From Deltaproteobacteria bacterium (GTDB taxonomy: Bacteria; Myxococcota_A; Polyangia; Fen-1088), in NCBI GenBank assembly GCA_033763315.1, contig JANRKS010000001.1, positions 96,001 through 160,000 of the forward strand: DNA of 64,000 nt, written 5' to 3'. Position 1 is the stretch's first letter. Each line of letters opens with the position of its first letter. The position numbers and the translations under genes were made by a program. Below the pieces are notes generated by a model. The model searched no databases. It was not told the DNA's origin and was given only the letters and a program-made list of their open reading frames with translations. This document shows, piece after piece, positions 47,750 through 57,897 of this stretch.

Positions 47750-47941
47750 ATGAAAACTTACTTCGCAGTGATTCCCGATGGGCAAACGCAACCGGCGGCC
47801 GTCTTCGCGCAACTGGAAGACGCCATTGATTGGGGCGTGGGCACCATTGGTCAAAACAGGTTTAGCATCCGGGGCGTGCAGGGCGTGGCAAGTGATTGGG
47901 CCGAAGGGGTGGTGCCCGCAGCAGGGTTGCCGGCGAATTAA
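47750..47941 (+). CDS. 63-aa small protein
   Basis: GAGG SD; protein-like pattern YFAVI..PAAVFAQLEDAIDWG..FSIR; fills the gap between activator and kinase. Confidence 0.65.
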   Translation: MKTYFAVIPDGQTQPAAVFAQLEDAIDWGVGTIGQNRFSIRGVQGVASDWAEGVVPAAGLPAN

Positions 47942-47947
47942 CAGAGG

Positions 47948-49801
47948 TTAGGGAGATGCGTCCGGGGGTGCTGCATCGGTGGAGGCGGGGCCAGGGATGG
48001 ATGAGACGGTGCGGCGGCCCCCGGCGGGCAGTTTGGCGCGTGCACGCGCAAGCCAGCCGGGGTTTCGCGCTTGTTGGGCCTGCAGCATCTGCTGCCACAC
48101 CACGCCGGCGGTGGCGGGCCGCAGGTCGGCCTCGTCGGCCAAGCACGCGCGGCAGATCGCGGTGATCTCTTGCACGGCCACGTTGCGTGAACTTGTTTCC
48201 ACCACGTAGTGGCCGGGCTTGCCGGCCACGCGTTGGTACACGGGCCGTTCGCCGTGCAAGATCTCGAACACAACCAGACCCAACTGCCACACGTCTGAGG
48301 CGAAGGTGGGCTTGTGGCCCATCACAACTTCAGGCGCCATGTAACCGGGCGTGCCTCCCACGAACGTCATCGTTTCGTCGGGATCCATGGCCAAGCCAAA
48401 GTCGGCCACGGCCAAGCGGCCGTCGCCCATGCGTAAGATGTTGCGAGGCGTGACGTCACGGTGAACGATGCCCGCGGCGTGAATCGCTGTGAGGCCCGCG
48501 ATTACGGCGCGCGCGTCTTGCACGCGATCTTCTTCGGAACGCTGGCTGTCGGCCTGCAATTGGCCGCGCAAGGTGCCGCCCGTGGCCAGCTGCATGGTCA
48601 AGAACGTGCCGCCTTCGGTGTGGCGGAAATCTAGAACCTGGCACACGTTCGGGTGCAGGATCTGGCGCGCGAGACGGAACTCGCGCCCAAGCCGCGTGAT
48701 CCACTGCCGCTCAAGCGCCAGCTCGGGCCGCAACAGTTTGACGGCCACCGTTTGCCCTGTGTCGCGATCGAGCGCACGAAACACATACGCCATGCCACCA
48801 CGGGCGAGCATAGAATCGATCACATATCGCTCTGCCAACACGGCGCCAGCGGTGGGAAGGCCACCGGCTTGCGCCTCAAAGTTTCGCTCTTGCACCTCCG
48901 TGGTGCCCTTCGAGGTGGGTTGCGGCGAATCGACAGCGGCGCTTTTTACCAAAGAGGGGCGTGAAAAGCTGAGCTCTTCGCTGGTGTGTTCTAAGAAGCG
49001 GGCTTCGGCCGCCTTGGCGACTTGATCCAGTTCAGCCAAATAACGATCCTGAACGTCGCGCGCTTGCCGCCACCGCCCAAAGGCCTGCCAACCGAACACA
49101 GCCAGCGCTCCAAACAAAGCGCCTGCCACGCGATACCAGATGCCGTTGGTTGTGAACGCAGCTACCGTGGCACCCACAGCCGCGCCCGCGGGCAGGGGCC
49201 ACCATGACAGCGTTTCCACCCAATGAATGTGGTAAAGGCAACGCTCGCCACCGCGTTGTTGGCACTCGGTTTCGTTGATGATCGCAGGCGGCAGCCGCCA
49301 CAGCGTGGGGATCGCCGAAAGGTACGCGCGGCGCAGGTGGCACAAATAAGGCGAAGCCTCGCGCACGCGATCGTTGGGCTGTTTCCACTCAAGCACGCCG
49401 AACCCACGTCGCACTTCATGCACTGTGATTTTGCTGACTTTGCTCAGCAGCGCCGCCACACGCGGTGTATAGGCGTACGTGGTGCGCGGCGACCCAAACG
49501 CCCGCAACAGCGGCACCAAGAAGCCCAGCGCCTTTTCCGACACCGCGGCCTGGGTGGTGCGCTCTTCCACCAGGGCCAAGCCCACGCGTTCCACCACCCA
49601 ACCGGTGAGGGATTCACAAAACCGCTGCGAAACCCAGTTGGATTGGTTGCGCAGATACTCGAGATCGATTTGCCATTCGTCTAAGAAGCGGCTGAAGTCG
49701 GCGCGATCGCACTCTTCCATAGCGATGTTCAGCAGAGTGTCGATGTAACGACAGCTCAACTCAAACGCGACCGCAGGAGATGTGAGGGACCGGCCAGACA
49801 T
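47948..49801 (-). CDS. membrane Ser/Thr kinase with N-terminal V4R/HNOB-like sensor region
   Basis: ARGGMAYV, VAVK, HRDVTPRN, DFG, GTPGYMAPE, SDVW; two TM helices; N-terminal NWVS...C..R...ETECQQRGGERCLYHI. Confidence 0.85.
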   Translation of the reverse strand: MSGRSLTSPAVAFELSCRYIDTLLNIAMEECDRADFSRFLDEWQIDLEYLRNQSNWVSQRFCESLTGWVVERVGLALVEERTTQAAVSEKALGFLVPLLRAFGSPRTTYAYTPRVAALLSKVSKITVHEVRRGFGVLEWKQPNDRVREASPYLCHLRRAYLSAIPTLWRLPPAIINETECQQRGGERCLYHIHWVETLSWWPLPAGAAVGATVAAFTTNGIWYRVAGALFGALAVFGWQAFGRWRQARDVQDRYLAELDQVAKAAEARFLEHTSEELSFSRPSLVKSAAVDSPQPTSKGTTEVQERNFEAQAGGLPTAGAVLAERYVIDSMLARGGMAYVFRALDRDTGQTVAVKLLRPELALERQWITRLGREFRLARQILHPNVCQVLDFRHTEGGTFLTMQLATGGTLRGQLQADSQRSEEDRVQDARAVIAGLTAIHAAGIVHRDVTPRNILRMGDGRLAVADFGLAMDPDETMTFVGGTPGYMAPEVVMGHKPTFASDVWQLGLVVFEILHGERPVYQRVAGKPGHYVVETSSRNVAVQEITAICRACLADEADLRPATAGVVWQQMLQAQQARNPGWLARARAKLPAGGRRTVSSIPGPASTDAAPPDASP

Positions 49802-49967
49802 GAAAAAATCGCGACCCCTTTCTCCCTCGGCGATGCGTACAAGGCAAGCTCTTGCCTGCAACGATTACACTTGATGCATTGTTGCCAACGCTACCTCCGT
49901 CGCGTTGCGGCGCGCGTGATTCGGAAACCTGCGTGGGCATGTGCATAATCGCCAAGTGTCCAACACC

Positions 49968-51233
49968 GTGACGATACCGCTTTACGAGGCGGCCAAGAGC
50001 GTGAGCGTGGCCTTGCTGGTGGGCTTGCTCATAGGCCTGGATCGGGAGCGTTCGGATCGCCGCAGCGACCACAAACGCTTGGGCGGCGTGCGTACGTTCC
50101 CGCTGGTGGCGCTGTTGGGCGCGCTCACGAGTTTGCTTGTGCCGGTGTGGGGTGGATGGCCGTTGGGTTTGGCATTTGTGGCGGTTTCTGCGCTGGTGGG
50201 GGTGGCGTATTGGCGAACCTCCGCCCGCGACGTGGGGGCCACCACAGAGATGGCTGCGCTTGTGACGTTTGTGCTCGGCGCGCTGGCAGGGCAAGGCGCC
50301 TTTCTGCTCGCGGCCGCGCTGGGTGTGGTGGTGGCCGTGCTGTTGGTCGCCAAGCTGCGGCTCGAAACCTTTTCCGCGTCGATTACCGAAGAGGAATTAA
50401 ATGCCACTTTGGAGTTGGCCGTGATCTCAGCCATCGTGCTGCCGCTTTTACCGAACCGCGCGTATGGGCCTTACGGCGCGCTCAATCCGTTCAAGCTGTG
50501 GCTGGTGGTTGTGCTGATTTCCGCTGTGTCATTCGCGGGCTTCGTCGCGGTCCGTCTGTGGGGTGCACGCAGGGGCTTGCTGGTGACAGCGGTGATCGGC
50601 GCATTGGTTTCAAGCACGGCTGTCACCATGAGCATGGCCGCCCGATCGCGCATGGAGCCTGCCAGCGCGCGTGTCGCGGCCGCCGGTGCTGTGGTGGCTT
50701 CCACGATCATGTGCGTGCGCGTGTTTGCCTTGGCGTCGGCGTTTGGTGGTCCGTTGGTGTTGCATCTGTGGCCGCCTTTGGCCGCTATGGCGGCGGTGGG
50801 CGTGGCGGCAAGTGTGTTGCTCTTGCGGGGCGCGCCAACGGCACCGCAAGGCGCGCCCGCTGCGCCTTTAACCAATCCTTCGCGTTTCTCAACGGCACTC
50901 GCGTTTGCTTTGGTTTACGGCCTCGTGGGGCTCATCGTGCGTGTGGCCAATGATCTGTTCGGCAACAAAGGTGTTGTGGCAGCGGCGGCGATTTCAGCGG
51001 TGGTGGACGTGGACGCCATCTCGATCGCGTTGGCACAACAGGCGCGGGCTGCGTGGTCGCCTGTGTTTGCCGTGGGTGTGGTGGTGGCGGCTGTGATGAA
51101 CACGTGGGTTAAGGGCGGCATCGCGGTGTTCGCGGGGCGCGGTGCCTTTCGCGCGCAGGTCGCCTTGCCCTTGGCCGCCATGGGTGTGGTGGGAATCGTT
51201 ATGGCATACCTCACGCATTTGTTACGGAACTGA
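49968..51233 (+). CDS. MgtC/SapB + DUF4010 membrane protein
   Basis: GLLIGLDRE, GGVRTF, GATTE, LVSSTAVT, VDVDAI. Confidence 0.88.
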   Translation: MTIPLYEAAKSVSVALLVGLLIGLDRERSDRRSDHKRLGGVRTFPLVALLGALTSLLVPVWGGWPLGLAFVAVSALVGVAYWRTSARDVGATTEMAALVTFVLGALAGQGAFLLAAALGVVVAVLLVAKLRLETFSASITEEELNATLELAVISAIVLPLLPNRAYGPYGALNPFKLWLVVVLISAVSFAGFVAVRLWGARRGLLVTAVIGALVSSTAVTMSMAARSRMEPASARVAAAGAVVASTIMCVRVFALASAFGGPLVLHLWPPLAAMAAVGVAASVLLLRGAPTAPQGAPAAPLTNPSRFSTALAFALVYGLVGLIVRVANDLFGNKGVVAAAAISAVVDVDAISIALAQQARAAWSPVFAVGVVVAAVMNTWVKGGIAVFAGRGAFRAQVALPLAAMGVVGIVMAYLTHLLRN

Positions 51234-51305
51234 AAACGATCGCGTGGCCGGGTGCAGCGATGCATTTTTTTGCAGTCACGGTGGAACGTTCTAGAACGAT
51301 CGAAC

Positions 51306-53000
51306 ATGGCAAGTGGAAGCGATCAACGTCGAGAGCCCCGCGTGGCCTTTTCTGGTTTCGTGCGGTTGCGCGGCCTGGGTGAAGAAGAAAGCGTGGAGGC
51401 CGAAATTCGCAACCTCAGCGCGCTGGGCATGTTTGTGGCGTCTAAGCGTGTGCCCGAACCTGGTGCGGCTGTGTTCTGCCGCGTGGTGATCGGAAACGAT
51501 CGACGCATCATCAAGGGCAAGGTGGCATGGGCGTCGCCCGGCAGCCCCGCTGAACCTATGGGCGCGGGCATCGAATTCATCGACCTGAGCCAAAAGGATT
51601 GCGAGGTGCTGCGAACGGTTGTGCAAACCAACGTGACGCACGCCCCTTCGCCCGACGCTGTGGACGTGGTTGATTCTGACAGCCTTGGCCGCGTTGAAGT
51701 GACCTTCGAAGGCTTGGCGGCCCCCGTGAACGCCCGAGCCCGCCTCACGCCCGAAGGCATCGTGCTGACCACGAAGCTGCCTTTCTTGCGGGTGGGCTCG
51801 AACGTGAAGATTCGTAATTTGGGTGCCACCCAAAGCGGATCGCCGGTGGCTCGCCAAGGCAAGCTGCAAGCGGTGTCGTTGGGTTCCACGGGGCAAGACG
51901 GTGTGCCAAGGCTGCTCGTTGAACTGACGGTGCCCACCGACGAATTGTTGCCTGCGCCACTCGACGCGTGGCCCGCCGCCGCAGCCATCCCGTCTTCGCC
52001 ACCACCGGAAACGCTGGCCACGCAAGACACGGATCCACAACCGTTCACGTTGCCCATGCCAGCTTCGGCGTTGGCAGCCGCGGCGGACGTTCCTGAACAG
52101 CCAAGCGAGGCCGCCGCGTGGGTTGGAGCCCCGCGAGACTTTTCCGACTCTGATGTGACGCCTGTCTCGAACGCGTCCGAGTTGATGTCACAACTGCACG
52201 TGGACATCGATTCAGCGGTGGCGCCAGTAGCGGCGGGCCTGCTCAAGGATGCGCGGCCCACGCCGCAAGCCTCCGTGCCGGTGGCCGAATCGATCGAGCT
52301 TAACCTTACGCCTTTGCCGGCGGTGCTCGCGCCTTTGCTCACGCCGGCGCCTGTGAGCGAGCCAACGATGCGCGTGGAGCTTTTCCTCGACGAAACGGCC
52401 CCCTCGCACGCGGGCATGAGCATGACGGCGAAACTGGCCATCGCCGCGGCCGTGGTGGCGGCCGTTGCGGGCTTGTTCGCCTTGAGCGGAGACGATTTGC
52501 CGGCACCCGTGCCATCGCCGAAAGAACGTGTGGCTGCGCCTGTGGTTGCCAGCGGCATTCGCATCGAGCCGCTGCCTTCCGCCGCGCCAGTGATCGCCGA
52601 TGCAAAGGCCATGGCGCCCACGCACGCGGCGGCCCCCGCGCGCGCCGTGCAAAAGCCGCAAGCGGCCTGGCGCCCCATCGCCGATCCCACGTGGCCCTTC
52701 ACAGTGGTTGCCGAAGGCGACACCACCACCGTCTTCATTCCTTTGCAAGGCGATCAAGCTGATAGCCGCGTCTACGCCATCAACAAACCAAGCGGCGTTG
52801 TGGCCGTGCTGCCACACGGACGCATCCGCGGCACCGTGGGCAAATACCCTGTAAAGCAAGCGGGTGTGACACAAGTGTGGGTGGAAGAGCGTGAGACCGG
52901 TTTGCACGCGCGCGTTGTCTTCGGGCGCAGCGTGCAAAGCCACGAGGCGACGCTTGAGCCCACGGGTCTACGGGTTGTTGCCAAGCTCCGCGCTGAATAA
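51306..53000 (+). CDS. PilZ-domain membrane protein with Pro/Ala linker and periplasmic beta domain
   Basis: QRREPR and NLSALG PilZ motifs, GAGIEF; single TM near aa 380. Confidence 0.8.
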   Translation: MASGSDQRREPRVAFSGFVRLRGLGEEESVEAEIRNLSALGMFVASKRVPEPGAAVFCRVVIGNDRRIIKGKVAWASPGSPAEPMGAGIEFIDLSQKDCEVLRTVVQTNVTHAPSPDAVDVVDSDSLGRVEVTFEGLAAPVNARARLTPEGIVLTTKLPFLRVGSNVKIRNLGATQSGSPVARQGKLQAVSLGSTGQDGVPRLLVELTVPTDELLPAPLDAWPAAAAIPSSPPPETLATQDTDPQPFTLPMPASALAAAADVPEQPSEAAAWVGAPRDFSDSDVTPVSNASELMSQLHVDIDSAVAPVAAGLLKDARPTPQASVPVAESIELNLTPLPAVLAPLLTPAPVSEPTMRVELFLDETAPSHAGMSMTAKLAIAAAVVAAVAGLFALSGDDLPAPVPSPKERVAAPVVASGIRIEPLPSAAPVIADAKAMAPTHAAAPARAVQKPQAAWRPIADPTWPFTVVAEGDTTTVFIPLQGDQADSRVYAINKPSGVVAVLPHGRIRGTVGKYPVKQAGVTQVWVEERETGLHARVVFGRSVQSHEATLEPTGLRVVAKLRAE

Positions 53001-53020
53001 ACCGCACACGGCCGCGCGGT

Positions 53021-55297
53021 TCACTCGAACTGCGCGAGATCGGTTTCGATGAGCAAATACAGCGTGCGCAAGAAGGTAAGCAGCTCTTCAGTTTGCGTGA
53101 AGTGACTCATCCAATCACGCAAGGAACGCGAGCCATCCAAGAAGTTCAGCACTTCGCGCGGCGTGGGCCCCAAGCGGAAAGCCTCGGGCGCAATGCGACC
53201 AAATGGATTTGCCCGTGGCCGGTATTCGAGAAACGGTCGGAACTTACGTTCCAAAAATTCATAGGGCAGCGTCAGCAGGCCCGCGCCCAAGATCTCGAAC
53301 GTGTCGAGACCCAAGGGAAACGCTTCTTGTGGGTTGCGCACGCCACGATAAAAACTGAAGTAGCCTTGCACCCAAGAGAAGATCTCCATCACGCGCTCTC
53401 GCACTTGCTGTGACAGCAAGCGGAACACATCAAGCGGCCGCATGAGCCCCATGCCCACCAACGTGTCGCCCAGTTTGCCCGAAAACCGCGGCAGGTTTTG
53501 CAAAGCCACATCAAGGTTCTGCATGGTCAGGAAGCCGCGGGAAACCAAATACTCGCCGAAACGTTCGCTTTGCAGGCTTGAGTTAACGGATTCAGGCGCG
53601 CCGCGCACCAGGTAAACCTCTTTGACGTGGGGCGAGAGCTCGAAGCGCAGCAGACCCGTTTCGTTGCTGGCCGCCAAATCGGCGAACAAACGCATCGGTG
53701 AGATGATCGAAAGATCGCCTGCTTTGTCGGGCGGACGCGCGCCTGTGGACAGCGGCCGGCTTAAGTCTGTGGTGGGTGAAGGGCCCACGGACGATGGTGA
53801 CGGCTGCGTGTTCAACGTGCCCGTGCTCGGAGGGCCCATCGGTGTGGCGAAGGGTGAGCCATAAGGAGCAGACACGGCGATGGCGCCTGACGATCCCGGA
53901 CGCATTGGGCCCGCGGGCGAAACGCCATAGCTGCCCGGCGGCGAAGGGTAAGGCAGTGGTCCGGTTTCACTCGCGCCCGGTGCCATCGAAGCCGGCGTGC
54001 CTGACGCGGGCGTGGGCGGCTGTTCGTAGCTATCAAGTTCGACGATCGCCATGGGTCGATCCAACGAACGGCCAATCGCATCGGCCACCCCGGCGGCGGC
54101 GCCGGCAATGTCGTCGTCGATCACAACGTCAAGCTCATCAGACGAGCGCGACGTGGGCCCAGGCGTCGTGTCGGGTCGAGGCATCTGTGCCGTGGCTTGC
54201 GGCGCGGGCGTGCGATCGGTGGGCGCGTCGTCGTCTCTGTTCAGGCGCTGTCGATTGACGGCCGTGGGAGGTTTGGAGGCCACGCGCGCCCGCGGATCCT
54301 CTTTCATCTCCCACTTGGCTGCGTGTTCTTTGAGCTTGATCAGGCCCTGCGGCGTTTGATCAAAGTAATCGACAGCAATCTGACCAAGATCGCGCGAATT
54401 CACGCGCAAACCAGCGCGGAACAGCAGATCTCCCAAAGCATCGCGGAACTCGCCGGCGCTTTGGTAGCGATCGCCCACACGCTTTTTCAGGGATTTGCGA
54501 ACGATGTGTTCAAGGTCGGCCGGAATGTCTTTGCAGTATTTGTCGAGCCGTTCGAGGCGCCCGTCCCGCACCATCAACAACACATCAAGATCTGTGGGGG
54601 CCGTGAACAAGCGGCGGCCCATCAACATTTCCGCCAGCACGATACCGATGGCGAACAAATCGCTGCGGCCATCAAGCGGCGCGCCCACCACTTGCTCAGG
54701 GGACATGTAGCCATACTTGCCCTTGAGCGTGCCCGCCTGCGTTTTGCTTTCGCGCTCTTGTGCGTGTGCGATGCCGAAGTCGCCGAGCTTCACGTCGCCT
54801 CGCCGCGAGATGAAAATGTTGGAAGGCGAGATGTCGCGGTGAACCAGGCGCATGGTCTTGCCTGTGTGGTCGCTGGCGTTGTGCGCGTAGTCGAGCGCGT
54901 CCAAGACCTCCATCACCACGAAGATGCTGACGGGCAGCGGGATGCGCACTTGGCGCTGGGCGGATGTGCGCAGCAACGCCAGCGCATCGAATCCTTCGAC
55001 ATACTCAAGCGCGATGAAGTACTGGCCGGCCACCTCGCCGAAGTCTGACACCTGCACGATCTTCGGGTGCACAAGCTGCGCTGTGAGCTTGGCCTCGTCT
55101 ATGAACATAGACACGAAGTTCCTGTCCGCAGCTAAGTGCGGCAGGATGCGTTTGATAACAAGCTGCTTTTCGAAGCCGTGGGCGGATAACATCTTCGCCT
55201 TGAAAACTTCCGCCATACCTCCGGTGGCAAGTTTCTCGACGAGGGTGTAACGCCCGAACTTCGAGGGAAGAGTGTCCTCTTTTCCCTCATTTCCCAT
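53021..55297 (-). CDS. Ser/Thr kinase with C-terminal DUF4388/MshEN-like region
   Basis: ATGGMAEV, HRDISPSN, DFG, GKYGYMSPE; C-terminal TGLL..KEVYL..G..RFGEYLV. Confidence 0.92.
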   Translation of the reverse strand: MGNEGKEDTLPSKFGRYTLVEKLATGGMAEVFKAKMLSAHGFEKQLVIKRILPHLAADRNFVSMFIDEAKLTAQLVHPKIVQVSDFGEVAGQYFIALEYVEGFDALALLRTSAQRQVRIPLPVSIFVVMEVLDALDYAHNASDHTGKTMRLVHRDISPSNIFISRRGDVKLGDFGIAHAQERESKTQAGTLKGKYGYMSPEQVVGAPLDGRSDLFAIGIVLAEMLMGRRLFTAPTDLDVLLMVRDGRLERLDKYCKDIPADLEHIVRKSLKKRVGDRYQSAGEFRDALGDLLFRAGLRVNSRDLGQIAVDYFDQTPQGLIKLKEHAAKWEMKEDPRARVASKPPTAVNRQRLNRDDDAPTDRTPAPQATAQMPRPDTTPGPTSRSSDELDVVIDDDIAGAAAGVADAIGRSLDRPMAIVELDSYEQPPTPASGTPASMAPGASETGPLPYPSPPGSYGVSPAGPMRPGSSGAIAVSAPYGSPFATPMGPPSTGTLNTQPSPSSVGPSPTTDLSRPLSTGARPPDKAGDLSIISPMRLFADLAASNETGLLRFELSPHVKEVYLVRGAPESVNSSLQSERFGEYLVSRGFLTMQNLDVALQNLPRFSGKLGDTLVGMGLMRPLDVFRLLSQQVRERVMEIFSWVQGYFSFYRGVRNPQEAFPLGLDTFEILGAGLLTLPYEFLERKFRPFLEYRPRANPFGRIAPEAFRLGPTPREVLNFLDGSRSLRDWMSHFTQTEELLTFLRTLYLLIETDLAQFE

Positions 55298-55492
55298 GCA
55301 CCCAACACTATATCACGCGAGGCGGGTTCCCCAAGGTTTGCCTAGAGATTGCGCAACAGAAGGCGGCAAGGCAGTGATGTGGGGCCGCGTCGGTTGGTGA
55401 ACTCCTAAACTTTAGTTTGCTTGCAACGCCCGCAAAAGCGGCGGCGAATCCTTCACGATGTGGTGGCCTCGTAGTATTCTTGGAAAGTCCCC

Positions 55493-56248
55493 ATGCATGC
55501 CATATCGACCGGCCTCTCCGACGTTGGCCGACGTCGGAAAAACAACGAAGATAGCTTCCTTTGCGACGACGCCCTCCAGCTGTTCGTGGTCGCCGATGGT
55601 GTGGGCGGTAACGCCAAAGGGGAAGTCGCCAGCGCCGAATCGGTGGAGCTGGTGCATTCGTGGGTGCGACGGTGGCGCGGCAGCATTGCCGACTTCAATG
55701 AACACCCGACCGAAAACAACGCCCTCACGGTTAGGCGCTTGCTTGAGAACGCGGTGCAGTCGGCGTGTTACATGGTGTTCGGTATGGGGCAGCTCGACCC
55801 ACGCCAGCGGGGCATGTCCACCACCTTGTCGTCCCTGCTGGTCACCAAAAGGATGGCGTTCATCGCCCAAGTGGGTGATAGCCGCGTGTATCTGTTTCGG
55901 GGGGGCCGCTCGGCGCAGCTCACGGAAGATCACACGCTCATCAACTTCCGTTTGAAGCTGGGTCTCATCACGCCCGAAGAGGCGGCCAACGCGCCAGGCA
56001 AGAACGTCATCACGCGGGCGGTGGGCCACCAAGATTACGTCGAGGTGGACTGCATCGAGATCGAGATCGAGCCCGGCGATCGGTTCATGCTGTGCTCGGA
56101 CGGCCTGCACGGCTACCTTGACGACGGCGAGCTGGATAGCCTTTTGATGGGCGATCGCGACGCCGTGGCCAAGCGGCTGGTGGATCTGGCCAACGAACGC
56201 GGCGGCAAAGACAACACCACGGTGGTGGTGGTCGACGTGGTGACGTAA
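55493..56248 (+). CDS. PP2C-family Ser/Thr phosphatase (Stp1/PrpC)
   Basis: SDVGRRRKNNED, VADGVGG, VGDSR, LCSDGL, GGKDN. Confidence 0.95.
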   Translation: MHAISTGLSDVGRRRKNNEDSFLCDDALQLFVVADGVGGNAKGEVASAESVELVHSWVRRWRGSIADFNEHPTENNALTVRRLLENAVQSACYMVFGMGQLDPRQRGMSTTLSSLLVTKRMAFIAQVGDSRVYLFRGGRSAQLTEDHTLINFRLKLGLITPEEAANAPGKNVITRAVGHQDYVEVDCIEIEIEPGDRFMLCSDGLHGYLDDGELDSLLMGDRDAVAKRLVDLANERGGKDNTTVVVVDVVT

Positions 56249-56265
56249 CGGGCCCGGGTGGTGTG

Positions 56266-56937
56266 CTAGGTCGTTTGCGGCTTGCGCAGCGACTTGGACA
56301 AGAACTTGCGAACCAGGTTGGGGTCTTGCAACTCGGTGAGCAACTCGATGGTGCGGAAGGAGGCGCGGCGCGCGCGCGCTTGGCTTTCCTCGTTTTTCGC
56401 CACACCTAGCAGCGCGAGGCGGCCTTCGTGAACGTTTTCCTGCTCCGTGGCCGGCAAGGCGCTGCGCAACAGAGCTGCGCTTTCGTGATCCCCTGCCAGC
56501 TCGGCCCAACCCGCCAAAGAATCAAAGCGCGCGAGCGTGTAAGCCCCTGCGGTCAGCGCGCCTGCGGCGGCGCGCTCTTCCACCGTTTGCAGCGACCGGA
56601 AAAACGCAAACAGCTTGGAATACCCAAGGCAAAGCGGGGAAAAATCGGCCAGGTGGACGTTCAAGTCACCAAGCCGCTGTTGCAACAAGGCGAAACGCTG
56701 GGCGGAGGCGCCGCAATAGGCCGCCAAAGCCACCTTAAAGGGCAGATCGTCCGTGTCGGTCAGCCACATGGCCGACGCTTCCATGGATTCGAGGCACGTT
56801 TTGACCTCAAGGCGCAGCAGATCCGCCAGCGACAGACGCTCGGTTTCAACCAATTCCCGGTGAGCTGCCAGAAGCCTATCGAAAGACGTCTGGTTTTTTC
56901 CCTCTAACTCGGCAACGTAGGTTTCAACGGTGGTCAT
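56266..56937 (-). CDS. ferritin-like four-helix protein
   Basis: All-helical; EQENVHEG; canonical ExxH ligands mostly degenerate. Confidence 0.55.
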   Translation of the reverse strand: MTTVETYVAELEGKNQTSFDRLLAAHRELVETERLSLADLLRLEVKTCLESMEASAMWLTDTDDLPFKVALAAYCGASAQRFALLQQRLGDLNVHLADFSPLCLGYSKLFAFFRSLQTVEERAAAGALTAGAYTLARFDSLAGWAELAGDHESAALLRSALPATEQENVHEGRLALLGVAKNEESQARARRASFRTIELLTELQDPNLVRKFLSKSLRKPQTT

Positions 56938-57196
56938 ATGAACAGTCGCCGATTGTGGCCGTCTGCCCGGCGGGGGTCAAGCAAGCCCTTGGTTTAAATC
57001 CCGATAGCGGCTTACGGCGGCCCCTGCCTGGGCACGGCCATGCGGTTGTGAGGCGATCGGCCGGGTGTTTTACAATTGTTTCGGCAAGGTTTCGGGCGTG
57101 GAGGCACGGGGAGGGTCCTCCCGGGCTCTGCCCTCCCGGCGGGGGGGCGCCACAGCAAATTGGCCGCGCTTTGCCCCCTGGTGCGATACTGCCCGG

Positions 57197-57859
57197 GTGA
57201 GCGCCTCCACCGACAAGAAAGCTTCGCGCAAAGGTGCGGCCCTGTTGTTCGTCGGGGGGCTGGCCATTGGTGTCGCGGCTTTGGTGACAGGCCTCAAGCG
57301 CCGCCCGGCCGATGCAGGGCTGGCCGGACAATTTGACGTCTTGGCCGCGCCTTCGGGTGCCTTTGAGGTGAAGGTGCCCGCGTTCTTGGGGCGCCACTAT
57401 GGTGTGGCAAAGGCGGTGGCCGGGCCCGGTGTGTTTGGCGCCCGCCTAGGCGATCCTGATCGGGGCAACTTCTTGATGATGGCGCTTTCATTGCCCGATG
57501 CGCCGCCATTTGAGGGAGGCGGCTTCGAGCCGTGGTTGGGTGACGCCTACCTTGAATGCCTGGCCACCGCCGAATCCGACAAGGGGCGCAACTGGTGGGC
57601 GTTGCAAGTCAACGAAGAGCTGCAGGCGCAGCCCTTTAAAATGAAGTACGTCGTGGCGAGGAACACCATACCGCTTGTGTCACGCGTGTGCGTGGCGGGC
57701 ACGAACACGTTGGCGGATGTGAATGTGCGTGTTTATGGGGCGATGACGGGACTCAACTATGAGCGTTTCGCGGCCGACGTGCGCGCGTTCATGCAATCAA
57801 TCCGAATTGACGAACGCCGCTTGCGACCGCTGCTCAACGTTCGCCGGGCGGGGCCTTAG
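57197..57859 (+). CDS. membrane-anchored hypothetical protein
   Basis: N-terminal TM (AALLFVGGLAIGVAALV); ends FMQSIRI. Confidence 0.55.
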   Translation: MSASTDKKASRKGAALLFVGGLAIGVAALVTGLKRRPADAGLAGQFDVLAAPSGAFEVKVPAFLGRHYGVAKAVAGPGVFGARLGDPDRGNFLMMALSLPDAPPFEGGGFEPWLGDAYLECLATAESDKGRNWWALQVNEELQAQPFKMKYVVARNTIPLVSRVCVAGTNTLADVNVRVYGAMTGLNYERFAADVRAFMQSIRIDERRLRPLLNVRRAGP

Positions 57860-57897
57860 GCGTTGGTGAGATTGGCAGCAGCGGGTAAGCTCGCGGC

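Noticed and set aside
51323-52738. 471-aa antisense ORF and similar long shadow ORFs (e.g. 55412-56509, 2506-3510)
   Set aside because: Expected opposite real genes in high-GC DNA; no motifs
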